DNA of 64,000 bases from Nitrospirota bacterium (lineage in GTDB: Bacteria > Nitrospirota > Thermodesulfovibrionia > Thermodesulfovibrionales > JdFR-85), in NCBI GenBank assembly GCA_015492645.1, contig WGER01000044.1:12046-76045 (forward strand). The letters are read 5' to 3'. A model generated the notes under the pieces. It searched no databases. It worked only from the letters and a program-made list of their open reading frames with translations, and was not told where the DNA came from. The stretch's first letter is position 1; each line of letters opens with the position of its first letter. The position numbers and the translations under genes were made by a program. Shown here piece after piece: positions 7,117 to 15,862 of the stretch.

Positions 7117-9509
7117 ATCTTGTAGTCAGGCTCCCCTGCACCTGACCATGACCTTGGATCGTCAATGGTCAGATCATTAATGAGTTTATTCTCATCAAAC
7201 CAGGGAACAAAGACCATGCCCGGTTGTGCCCTCTCTGTAACCCAGACAGGAAGGACAATCTCACCACGGCGGGATATGATCTTCAGATTGTCACCACTTT
7301 TTACATCCAATCTTCTTGCATCCTCTGGAGAGACCTCCACATAGGCATGGGGATTCAATTCCCTCAGGAGCCTCACCCTCATGGTCATCGTACCTGTATG
7401 CCAGTGTTCAATCACACGGCCCGTATTCAGCACATAGGGGAACTCTGCATCAGGCATCTCGTAGTCAAGCCCTGCTTCAAGGACTCTTATTATTGCCTTG
7501 TCCTTAGAACCTTTCTTAAACGGATGGGGGCCATAGTAATTGATCTCTCCCTTGTAGCCCTTTTCTTCTAAGTGCTGGTCATAGAGTGTTACATACCCGG
7601 TCTTGTATTTCTTTTTAGTTGTACCAAAGACCCTTTCGGCGTATTTCTTTGAGATATATCGCTTCTGTGAACCGCGGTTATCAAAGTCAGTACTCGGGCA
7701 GGGCCACTGCACACCACCGGCATGGGCCTTGAGTTTCTCATAGGTGGCACCCCAGAGGTCCACATCCTGTCCCCTGGTGCAGAGACGATACTCATTCCAT
7801 GCCTCTTCCTCTGTCTCAAAACCAAGGCCATATACCTCTTTTATCCTCTTGACCTCGCCTGTCATCGGGTCAATTACACGATACCGGGTCTTACGGCCGA
7901 GTTTTTTTGCGATCCTCTTCGCCACCTCCTTTATCTGCCAGAAGTCAGGCCGTGCCTCCCCTGGTGGGTCCACCATCTTTGTGATAAACTGAGACCTTCT
8001 GTCTGTCTGTCCCATAACCCCTTCCTTCTCAACCCACATGGCAGAAGGTAGTATCACCGTGGCAACCTCTGTTGTCACAGTGGGATAGACATCACTGACC
8101 ACGGTAAAGGCATTCTTCATCGCTTCACGATACCTCTTTGCATTTGGCAGACTCTGGCCTGGATTGGTGGTATTAATCCAGATTGCCTTGATCTTTCCTT
8201 CTGCCAGTCGCATAAACATGTTGACGGCAGGGCCTGTGGGTTTCTTGGGCATCCAGTTAACATCTACTCCCCAGATTTCAGCGATTTCGGCCCTGTGTTT
8301 TGGATTTGCCACTGCCCTGTGCCCTGGCAATATGTGTGTTAGACCTCCCTGTTCCCTGGTGCCACCACAGGCGTTGGGCTGACCGGTAAGAGACAGGGAA
8401 TCACAGCCTGGTTTGCCTATCTTTCCAGTAAGGAGATGGAGGTTGTGAACCTGACAGTTCAGGTGAACACCCTTAGTCCTCTGGTTCAACCCCATCGTCC
8501 AGATGCTTACTGTACCATAACCCTTCCTTGCAAACCACCGTGCTGCTTTGCGGATATCCAGTGCTGTTACACCAACTAACCGCTCTACCCTTTCGGGTGC
8601 ATAGTCCTGGAGAAATCTCTTATAGGCTTCGAAGTCCATAAAATCACCCTTCGTCTTCAGGCCCTTACGAAAGGTGCAGTACCTGAGATGTTCGGGGTCA
8701 TAAAGTTCCTCTTCCACTATCACAAAGGCGATCGCATTCAGAAGATACATGTCATAGCCAGGACGAAACTTCAGGTGCAGGTCTGCATACCTTGCAGTTG
8801 GAGTGTACCTGGGATCAGCCACTATAACTCTTACCCTGTCAGGATAGGCGGTCTTTCTGTCTATGATCCTCCTGAAAAGCATCGGGTGTTGCTCTGCCGT
8901 GTTTGAACCTATAATGAAAAAGCAGTCTGTCTGATCGAGGTCATCGTAGGCACCTGCCGGTTCATCTGCACCAAAGGTATTGAGATAACCCCCGACTGCA
9001 GAGGCCATACAGAGTCTCGGGTTACCCTCTACATTGGCAGTGCCTATAATCCCCTTGAAGAGTTTATTGGCTGCAAATGCCTCCTGAGTGGTGTTCTGGC
9101 CTGAGCCATACCATGCCACAGAGTCAGGGCCGTATCTTCTGATATATTCAACGAATCTGTCTGCAATCAGATCCAGTGCCTCATCCCATGAGACCTCTTT
9201 GAAGGAACCATCGGCCTGTCTGACCATCGGTTTCTTCAAACGGTCCCTGCCATACATGATATGAGGTAGAGAATATCCCTTCATACATAGACGCCCAAAG
9301 TTGATTGGGCTGTCTGCATCGCCCTTTACTGCCACAACCTTTCCGTTTTTGACACCAACAAGCACTGTGCAACCTGTACCACAGAATCTGCACTGGGCAC
9401 GGCCCCACTTTATGTCTGGTTCTGCAAAGGCCTCAACTGGCAGGCCTGCCATCGCAAGGGCTGTTGAGGCAGCGGCAGCCCTTAAAAAGTCCCTTCTTGT
9501 AATACCCAT
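7089..9509 (-). CDS. napA: Periplasmic nitrate reductase catalytic subunit NapA
   Basis: Tat signal MGITRRDFLRAAAA, an N-terminal CRFCGTGC 4Fe-4S motif, and a molybdopterin oxidoreductase-length protein. GGAGGTG RBS. Confidence 0.9.
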   Translation of the reverse strand: MGITRRDFLRAAAASTALAMAGLPVEAFAEPDIKWGRAQCRFCGTGCTVLVGVKNGKVVAVKGDADSPINFGRLCMKGYSLPHIMYGRDRLKKPMVRQADGSFKEVSWDEALDLIADRFVEYIRRYGPDSVAWYGSGQNTTQEAFAANKLFKGIIGTANVEGNPRLCMASAVGGYLNTFGADEPAGAYDDLDQTDCFFIIGSNTAEQHPMLFRRIIDRKTAYPDRVRVIVADPRYTPTARYADLHLKFRPGYDMYLLNAIAFVIVEEELYDPEHLRYCTFRKGLKTKGDFMDFEAYKRFLQDYAPERVERLVGVTALDIRKAARWFARKGYGTVSIWTMGLNQRTKGVHLNCQVHNLHLLTGKIGKPGCDSLSLTGQPNACGGTREQGGLTHILPGHRAVANPKHRAEIAEIWGVDVNWMPKKPTGPAVNMFMRLAEGKIKAIWINTTNPGQSLPNAKRYREAMKNAFTVVSDVYPTVTTEVATVILPSAMWVEKEGVMGQTDRRSQFITKMVDPPGEARPDFWQIKEVAKRIAKKLGRKTRYRVIDPMTGEVKRIKEVYGLGFETEEEAWNEYRLCTRGQDVDLWGATYEKLKAHAGGVQWPCPSTDFDNRGSQKRYISKKYAERVFGTTKKKYKTGYVTLYDQHLEEKGYKGEINYYGPHPFKKGSKDKAIIRVLEAGLDYEMPDAEFPYVLNTGRVIEHWHTGTMTMRVRLLRELNPHAYVEVSPEDARRLDVKSGDNLKIISRRGEIVLPVWVTERAQPGMVFVPWFDENKLINDLTIDDPRSWSGAGEPDYKICAVKLVKV

Positions 9510-9713
9510 AGGACACCTCCATCAAGGGATTTTTTCTTCCATTATTATTTTGACAGGACTGTCCGTAAATTGGGAGTCAAAGTATGTAAATTTTCTGTTA
9601 AATATGATATTCAAATTTCGTTGTTGTCCTGTGTCACAGTGTCTCTTGAACCTTACTCACAATTGTTGAAAAATATTTAAATATTTATTTATAATTTCAA
9701 TCAGGGAGGTGAT

Positions 9714-9968
9714 ATGATGGGAAAACTTATAGTAGAATTGCCAGAGCATTTACATTTAGAACTGAAAAAAAAAGCCACATTAGAACAACGGACCCTGAAG
9801 AGTGTGATTACAGAACTTGTAAAAAACTACATTTCAGAAGAACAGAGCCCAGAAGTGGTCTCTGAAACCGGACTTTGTGGTGCCTGGCAGGACCAGAGAG
9901 AGCCAGAAGAGATCATAAGGGATATAAAATCCCATAGAAAATGGTCTCTTCCCCGAAGAAAGACTTAA
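9714..9968 (+). CDS. Type II antitoxin (ribbon-helix-helix, VapB-like)
   Basis: 84-aa ORF immediately followed (no gap) by a PIN toxin gene. The N-terminal KLIVELPEHLHLELKKKA fits an RHH strand-helix. AGGGAGGTG RBS. Confidence 0.65.
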   Translation: MMGKLIVELPEHLHLELKKKATLEQRTLKSVITELVKNYISEEQSPEVVSETGLCGAWQDQREPEEIIRDIKSHRKWSLPRRKT

Positions 9969-10370
9969 ATGTCTCTTTATATACTTGATACTGACATTTG
10001 TATTTACTGGCTTAAAGGAAACAGGACAGTAGAGAAAAGAGTCCTGAAGGAAGGATTAAAAAACATTGCCATTACTTTCATTACAGAATGTGAACTTATT
10101 TATGGTGCCTATAAGTCTGACAGAGTTGAACACAATCTGAAAGTGGTTGAAGAATTAAGAAAAAAGTTAATGATAATACATAGTTCCGATAATGTTGCCT
10201 TATACTATGGAAAACTCAAGGCAGAACTTGAGAAAAAAGGCATACCTCTTGATGATGTAGACTTACTTATTGCAAGCATTACTCTTGCAAACAATGCCAT
10301 ACTTGTAACCAACAATACCAAGCACTTTAGAAGAGTAAAAGAATTGAAGATAGAAAACTGGAGATTGTAA
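9969..10370 (+). CDS. vapC: PIN-domain ribonuclease toxin VapC
   Basis: LYILDTDICIYWLKG (first acidic PIN residue) and later conserved acidic positions (ECEL, LDDVDLLIA). 133 aa. Confidence 0.8.
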   Translation: MSLYILDTDICIYWLKGNRTVEKRVLKEGLKNIAITFITECELIYGAYKSDRVEHNLKVVEELRKKLMIIHSSDNVALYYGKLKAELEKKGIPLDDVDLLIASITLANNAILVTNNTKHFRRVKELKIENWRL

Positions 10371-10378
10371 AGTTTAAC

Positions 10379-11092
10379 TTAAGTACCTCCTTTCAATGTT
10401 TCCTGTGAGGGCTCAACCATCTTGTAACCTACTGCAGGCACTGTCAGTATATATCTCGGGTTCTGGGAATCCTTTTCTATCTTTTTTCTCAGATGCTGTA
10501 TATGGACATCAATCACCCTTGACCATGAATAGAGCCTCTTTGGGTCCTTCCAGAGTTGACGCTTAATCTCTTCTCTTGTGAGGACCTTTCCGCAGTTTCT
10601 TGCAAGCAGATAGAGGAGATCAAACTCCTTTGCAGTCAGTTCTACAGGCTTACCTGAAAGGGTTACGGTTCTTGATTGGGGGTCAATCTCAACCTCACCC
10701 ACCTTTAAGGGTTCATTCCAGCCCTGCTCATATCTTCTTAGACATGCCTTTATCCTTGCAACCAGTTCAATCGCCTCAAAGGGCTTAACAACATAGTCAT
10801 CCGCACCACTGTCAAGACCGAGAACCCTATCAGAGACCTTGTCCCTTGCAGTAAGCATTATAATAGGGACCTTCAGACCCTCAGCCCTCAGTTCCTGACA
10901 GAACTGGACACCATCTCCATCAGGTAGCATTAAATCAAGCACAATAAGATCAGGTATCCTATCAGCCAACCACTCCCTCGCCTCCTGACAGTTCATTGCA
11001 GAGAAGGTTTCAAAGCCGTGGAGCCTCAGATTTGCTTCAAGGACCTTCAGTATATCCTCGTCATCATCAACTATAAGTATCAGGTGCTTCAT
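10379..11092 (-). CDS. OmpR-family response regulator
   Basis: Receiver (ILIVDDDE...DLIVLDLMLPDGDG...KP) plus a winged-helix output (LTAKEFDLLYLL...GYKMV). Confidence 0.9.
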   Translation of the reverse strand: MKHLILIVDDDEDILKVLEANLRLHGFETFSAMNCQEAREWLADRIPDLIVLDLMLPDGDGVQFCQELRAEGLKVPIIMLTARDKVSDRVLGLDSGADDYVVKPFEAIELVARIKACLRRYEQGWNEPLKVGEVEIDPQSRTVTLSGKPVELTAKEFDLLYLLARNCGKVLTREEIKRQLWKDPKRLYSWSRVIDVHIQHLRKKIEKDSQNPRYILTVPAVGYKMVEPSQETLKGGT

Positions 11093-12731
11093 CTGCCCTT
11101 AATAATTTAACATAGAAGGTGCTACCCTTTTCTCCGTCACTTATTACCCCTATCTGTCCATTGTGAGCCTCTACTATCGCCCTTGATATGGCAAGGCCAA
11201 GGCCTGTACCCTTCTTCTTTCCCTTGTAGAATTTCTCAAATACCTTCTTCTGAGTCTCATGGGGAATACCTGGACCAGTGTCTATTATCCTGAAGATGAC
11301 CCACTCACCCGATTTATAGGCATCTACAGTTATGGTACCGTCGTCAGGTGTAAAGTCTATAGCGTTCTGTAGCAGGTTCTGGGCAACCTGTGTTATTCTG
11401 TCTTCATCGGCATAAACATAGAGGTGATCTTCTATCTCTGTCTTTAATCTGAGATGTTTCTCCGCTAACAATGGGAGTATTTCAAGACACATCTCTCTCA
11501 GTCTTTTTGCAAGATCAAATCTCTTAAAATTAAATTCCATCAACCCGAGTTCAATCTTTTCAAGGTCCAGAGCCGCATTTACCAGCCTGCTCAACCGGTC
11601 AATGTTAGAGCAGGCCAGGTGTGCAAATGAGTGGATCTCAGAGAGATCGCAACGTCTTGAACATCTCTCTTGCAATTGTTCAAGCCTCGCAAGGATGTAA
11701 TCAATCGAACCCTTTATTGCGGTAAGAGGGGTACGCAATTCATGGGAGAGATAGGTTATGAGTTCTGATTTCTTTTCGCTTAATTTTCTATACCTGTCTG
11801 TTGTTTCAATCAGTTTCTCATTTGCCTCTCTCAGCGATGCAGTGGCCTTCTGTACCTCCTCCTCCAGATGCTCCTGATAGTGTGTGATGGTCTCCATTAA
11901 CTGTTGAAAGGATCTATAAAGATCGGCGAGTTCTCTGGTTTCGGGTGGGTTGATCTCCACCCTCTGGCCTTTTTGGATCCCGGCCATCTCCATCCTTAAT
12001 CTCTCAACAGGTCTGAGTACCGCCCTGTTAAGTGCCACATATAGTGCACCCATAAGAAGCACTACAGTAACAAGACCACCGACAATCAGTGTCAGTCTAT
12101 ATCTATTTAACTCCCTGAAGATATGGTTTACGGGCATCGTGACACTAATAGCACCTCTCACATCTCCAATCCTGTAGCCCTTATGGCAACCCAGACAGGA
12201 TGGCTCGACATAAAGAGGGGCTATATATCGGAGGTATCGTTGCCTCCCATCCTGGACAATCTTAGAAATCTCTTTAACTCCTTTCGTCTCAAATGCCATG
12301 AGTGCCTCTTTTTCAAAGGCATCAGGTCTGTTTGCAGGATTGACAAGATTTAGACTTGTTATGTGAAACCAGTAGAGCCCTTCCTTCTTGGAGTATTCAG
12401 AGAGTTGTCTGGTCACATAGGCTGGATTTTCCTTTACATACCTCTTCCCGGTGATATCAATTATTACTGAATCCTCAAGATAGGGGTTCTCCTTTACCCA
12501 TGGGAGTTTTTCCACAAAAATTCCTCCATGATCAGCAATCCATCTTCTGGTAAGGAGGATCTGCTTGAAAAGTACCCTCGCCTGTGATTCCACCTGTTTC
12601 AAGAGAAGTCTTTCCTGTTGAATTTCTATAAAATAAAAGAGCACTCCAAGCGATATGACAAGGACCAGGATGATAGAAAGGATCACCCTCCCTTTCAGGC
12701 TCCTGCATATCTCTTTTAATGCTGCCTTCAT
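11067..12731 (-). CDS. Sensor histidine kinase with periplasmic DUF3365-like haem-c (CxxCH) domain
   Basis: Two TM segments flank a domain containing CLGCH...GDVRGAISVTMP. HisKA SHELRTPL, then an HATPase domain (GTGLGLAISR). The ATG at 12731 directly follows the TTG at 12734. Overlaps the regulator gene by 26 nt. Confidence 0.85.
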   Translation of the reverse strand: MKAALKEICRSLKGRVILSIILVLVISLGVLFYFIEIQQERLLLKQVESQARVLFKQILLTRRWIADHGGIFVEKLPWVKENPYLEDSVIIDITGKRYVKENPAYVTRQLSEYSKKEGLYWFHITSLNLVNPANRPDAFEKEALMAFETKGVKEISKIVQDGRQRYLRYIAPLYVEPSCLGCHKGYRIGDVRGAISVTMPVNHIFRELNRYRLTLIVGGLVTVVLLMGALYVALNRAVLRPVERLRMEMAGIQKGQRVEINPPETRELADLYRSFQQLMETITHYQEHLEEEVQKATASLREANEKLIETTDRYRKLSEKKSELITYLSHELRTPLTAIKGSIDYILARLEQLQERCSRRCDLSEIHSFAHLACSNIDRLSRLVNAALDLEKIELGLMEFNFKRFDLAKRLREMCLEILPLLAEKHLRLKTEIEDHLYVYADEDRITQVAQNLLQNAIDFTPDDGTITVDAYKSGEWVIFRIIDTGPGIPHETQKKVFEKFYKGKKKGTGLGLAISRAIVEAHNGQIGVISDGEKGSTFYVKLLRADEAPDTYS

Positions 12732-12754
12732 CAATTCATATTATAAATCATATT

Positions 12755-12920
12755 TGTCCAAAATAGGATTGAGGCACAGGCGGCATGCCGAAGAACAGAG
12801 GTCAGAAGTCTGAAGTCAGAGGTCAGAAAACTAAGGAAGATTCCGACTTCTGACCTCTGATATCCGACCTCTGCTATTCGGCACACCGCCTGTGTATACT
12901 TTCGCAGGTTATTTTGGACA
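12755..12920. repeat. 166-bp nested imperfect palindrome (REP/MITE-like or regulatory)
   Basis: Outer arms TGTCCAAAATA (12755-65) / TATTTTGGACA (12910-20). Inner arms CACAGGCGG (12775-83) / CCGCCTGTG (12886-94). CAGAGGTCAGAA occurs twice (12796, 12817), with its complement at 12848 and partly at 12864. Confidence 0.8.
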
Positions 12921-13093
12921 GCGCTGATTCATCGCATAATTTGTGTCCGAACCAGCACTGCCCACCTGACAGATCTGTCACATGAATCATGTTTTGAGGC
13001 AACCCTGCCATCTCTTAGTCGTATTTCTAACAGCAAATCCGGGATATACACATAATGTTGTATTTGATGGCCTGGTGCTGTTAATCTATTATT

Positions 13094-13978
13094 ATGACAA
13101 GTGAATGGATAAAGAGGTTTATTAATTTCCTCAGTTCAGAAAGAGGTGCCTCTCCCCACACACTGAGATCTTACAAACGTGACCTTGAATCCTTTTTTCA
13201 ATTTGTGGGGAAACCACCAGATGAGGTGGATATAACAGATGTGAGAGGCTACATAGCCTATCGGCTCAGACAGAAAAGGAATCCCTCTACCGTGAGCAGG
13301 AACCTGGCCACTCTCAGGTCATTTTACAAGTTTCTGCATAGAGAGGGAGTGGTGAAAAAGAATCCCGCAAGGGTAGTCCCCAACCCGAAGAGGGACAGGA
13401 AACTACCCATGTTTTTGAGCGTTGATGAGGTATTCTTCTTGGTGGAGAAGCCTGACGGTGTTGGGTTTTCCACCGCAAGAGACAGGGCCATTCTGGAGAT
13501 CCTCTACGGAGGTGGGATAAGGGTCGCAGAACTGGTCCAATTAAAACTGGAGGATGTAAACCTCAGGGAGGGGATAATAAAGGTGAAGGGAAAAAGGAAG
13601 AAAGAGAGGCTTGTGCCTATTGGACAGAAGGCACTTGATGCACTAAAAACATACCTTGTTGAAAGGGCATTAAAGAAGAGCAGTTCGGAGTATCTCTTTC
13701 TTAACAATAAGGGTAACAGACTCAGTGACAGGGCTGTAAGGAATATAGTCAAAAAATACGCCCTCAGATCAGGTCTTGCAGGTAGAGTAAGCCCTCACAC
13801 ATTGAGACACACCTTTGCAACACATCTGCTCCAGTCAGGGGCTGACCTAAGAGATATACAGGAACTCCTGGGACATAGCAGCCTATCGGCCACACAGGTT
13901 TATACCCATCTCGATCTCACACATCTGCTTGAGGTATACGACAGGAGTCACCCCCTGAGCCGGAGGCACCCAGAGTGA
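13094..13978 (+). CDS. Tyrosine site-specific recombinase XerC/XerD
   Basis: SAM-like N domain (RSYKRDLESFF) and catalytic motifs HTLRHTFATHLL and LGHSSLSATQVYTH. Confidence 0.9.
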   Translation: MTSEWIKRFINFLSSERGASPHTLRSYKRDLESFFQFVGKPPDEVDITDVRGYIAYRLRQKRNPSTVSRNLATLRSFYKFLHREGVVKKNPARVVPNPKRDRKLPMFLSVDEVFFLVEKPDGVGFSTARDRAILEILYGGGIRVAELVQLKLEDVNLREGIIKVKGKRKKERLVPIGQKALDALKTYLVERALKKSSSEYLFLNNKGNRLSDRAVRNIVKKYALRSGLAGRVSPHTLRHTFATHLLQSGADLRDIQELLGHSSLSATQVYTHLDLTHLLEVYDRSHPLSRRHPE

Positions 13979-14463
13979 AAAGGGTTGCGATCTGTCCAGG
14001 TACATTTGATCCTATAACGAACGGTCATATAGACATAGTGCAGAGGAGTCTACGGATCTTTGATGAGGTGATAGTGGCCATTGCTGAAAATCCCAAAAAG
14101 AGACCCCTCTTTGATATAGAAAAGAGGCTCTATCTTGCAAGGGAGTCACTGAAGGGGATGAAGGGTGTGAGGGTGGAGTCCTTTGATGGATTATTGGTCC
14201 ACTATGTAAAGAGAGTGGGGGGCACTGCTATTGTGAGAGGGCTGAGAGCAGTGTCAGACTTTGAGTATGAACTGCAGATGGCCCTGATGAATCGAAGACT
14301 CGATGCCGAGATAGAAACGGTTTTCATGATGCCTTCTGAGGAGTATTCCTTTCTCAGTTCCACAATAATAAAAGAAGTGGCCTTCTACGGGGGTTCAGTG
14401 AAGGGTCTTGTGCCAGAAGTGGTTGAAAAGGCCCTCAAGGAGGTCTTTAAGAAATGCCCCTGA
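13975..14463 (+). CDS. coaD: Phosphopantetheine adenylyltransferase
   Basis: CPGTFDPITNGHIDI nucleotidyltransferase motif, 162 aa. GTG start overlaps the xer stop. Confidence 0.9.
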   Translation: MKRVAICPGTFDPITNGHIDIVQRSLRIFDEVIVAIAENPKKRPLFDIEKRLYLARESLKGMKGVRVESFDGLLVHYVKRVGGTAIVRGLRAVSDFEYELQMALMNRRLDAEIETVFMMPSEEYSFLSSTIIKEVAFYGGSVKGLVPEVVEKALKEVFKKCP

Positions 14464-15089
14464 AGGTCTGTGAGACCTTCAAGAGCATACAGGGTGAATC
14501 CACATATATGGGATTACCCTGTTTCTTTATCAGACTCACCGGGTGCAATCTCAGATGCACATATTGCGATACCATTTACGCCTTTAATGAAGGAAAATAC
14601 GTGGCGTTGGAAGAACTCCTTGAGATGACAGAAGGCTCTGGCTGCAGGATCGTCGAGATCACAGGTGGAGAGCCTTTGCTCCAGGAGGAGACCCCTCTGC
14701 TTGTCAGCCAGTTGTGTGACAGGGGTTATTCTGTCCTTGTAGAGACCAACGGTTCATGTGATATTGACCTCATCGACAGGAGGGCCGTCAGGGTGGTGGA
14801 TATGAAGACCCCTGGCAGTGGTATGGCAGACAGGATGGACCTCAACAATCTGAAGAAACTCACTGACAGAGACGAGTTAAAGTTTGTAATCACATCAAGG
14901 ACTGACTACAACTGGGCAAAGGAGATGGTCCTGGGATATGGTTTACAGGGAGAGAGGACCCATTTCTGCCCAGCAACCGGGACCCTTTCTCCAGAATCTC
15001 TCTCGCAATGGATACTGAAAGACGGTCTCTTTGTGCGACTTTCCATCCAGTTACATAAATACATCTTTGGTGAAAGAAGGGGCGTCTGA
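14454..15089 (+). CDS. queE: 7-carboxy-7-deazaguanine synthase (radical SAM)
   Basis: FKSIQGES...FIRLTGCNLRCTYCDT motif is typical of QueE. Confidence 0.85.
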   Translation: MPLKVCETFKSIQGESTYMGLPCFFIRLTGCNLRCTYCDTIYAFNEGKYVALEELLEMTEGSGCRIVEITGGEPLLQEETPLLVSQLCDRGYSVLVETNGSCDIDLIDRRAVRVVDMKTPGSGMADRMDLNNLKKLTDRDELKFVITSRTDYNWAKEMVLGYGLQGERTHFCPATGTLSPESLSQWILKDGLFVRLSIQLHKYIFGERRGV

Positions 15090-15862
15090 TGACTGAAGAA
15101 AAGTTCAGGAGACTGGTCAGGATTATGGAGACACTCCGTTCTGAGAAGGGCTGCCCCTGGGACCGGGTACAGACCAGGGAGACCCTCAAGTCCTTTATCG
15201 TGGAAGAGGCCTATGAAGTACTTGAGGCACTTGACTCCGGTATACCTGAACAGATAAAGGAAGAACTGGGAGACCTCCTCTTCCAGATACTGTTTCAGGC
15301 AGAAATCGCTAAGGAAAGGGGTGAGTTCAATATAAATGATGTATTGGACAGTATTACGGAAAAGATGATCCTCAGGCATCCCCATGTGTTTGGTGACCTA
15401 AAAATAGATACACCCGAGGAGGTCCTTCAGAGGTGGGACGAACATAAAAAGAGAGAGGGCAAACTGAAGGGCTCTCTGATGGAGGGCCTACCCGCTATAC
15501 TGCCTGCACTCCTCAGGGCAATGAGGGTCCAGGAGAGGGCCTCCAGGGTCGGGTTTGACTGGCAGGACCCCCTCGAGGTCTTCGAAAAGATACAGGAGGA
15601 GATAGCAGAACTCAAGGAGAATATTGAGAGGTCGCAAAAGAAGGCAGTAGAAGAAGAGATAGGGGATCTGCTCTTCAGCATAGTAAACCTCAGTCGCCTC
15701 CTGGGAATAAACCCTGAGGAGGCGCTCAGGAAAACTGTAAATAAGTTTGTCAAGAGATTTCAGTATATTGAAGAGAAGGCAAAGAAAGAGGGTCTGGAAC
15801 TCAGCAGAATGAGCCTTGAAGATATGGAGAGACTCTGGCAGGAGGCAAAGTCGGATGAGTAA
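15089..15862 (+). CDS. mazG: Nucleoside triphosphate pyrophosphohydrolase MazG
   Basis: Tandem MazG domains with EEAYEVLEA / ELGDLLFQ and EEIAELKE / EIGDLLFSIV motifs. Confidence 0.9.
   Translation: MTEEKFRRLVRIMETLRSEKGCPWDRVQTRETLKSFIVEEAYEVLEALDSGIPEQIKEELGDLLFQILFQAEIAKERGEFNINDVLDSITEKMILRHPHVFGDLKIDTPEEVLQRWDEHKKREGKLKGSLMEGLPAILPALLRAMRVQERASRVGFDWQDPLEVFEKIQEEIAELKENIERSQKKAVEEEIGDLLFSIVNLSRLLGINPEEALRKTVNKFVKRFQYIEEKAKKEGLELSRMSLEDMERLWQEAKSDE

Noticed and set aside
12931-12953. dif-like sequence (ATCGCATAATTTGTGTCCGAACC) upstream of xerC/D.
   Set aside because: Only the left arm (GCATAA) resembles the Xer-binding consensus. The right arm does not form the required inverted TTATG arm, so it is not a credible dif site.
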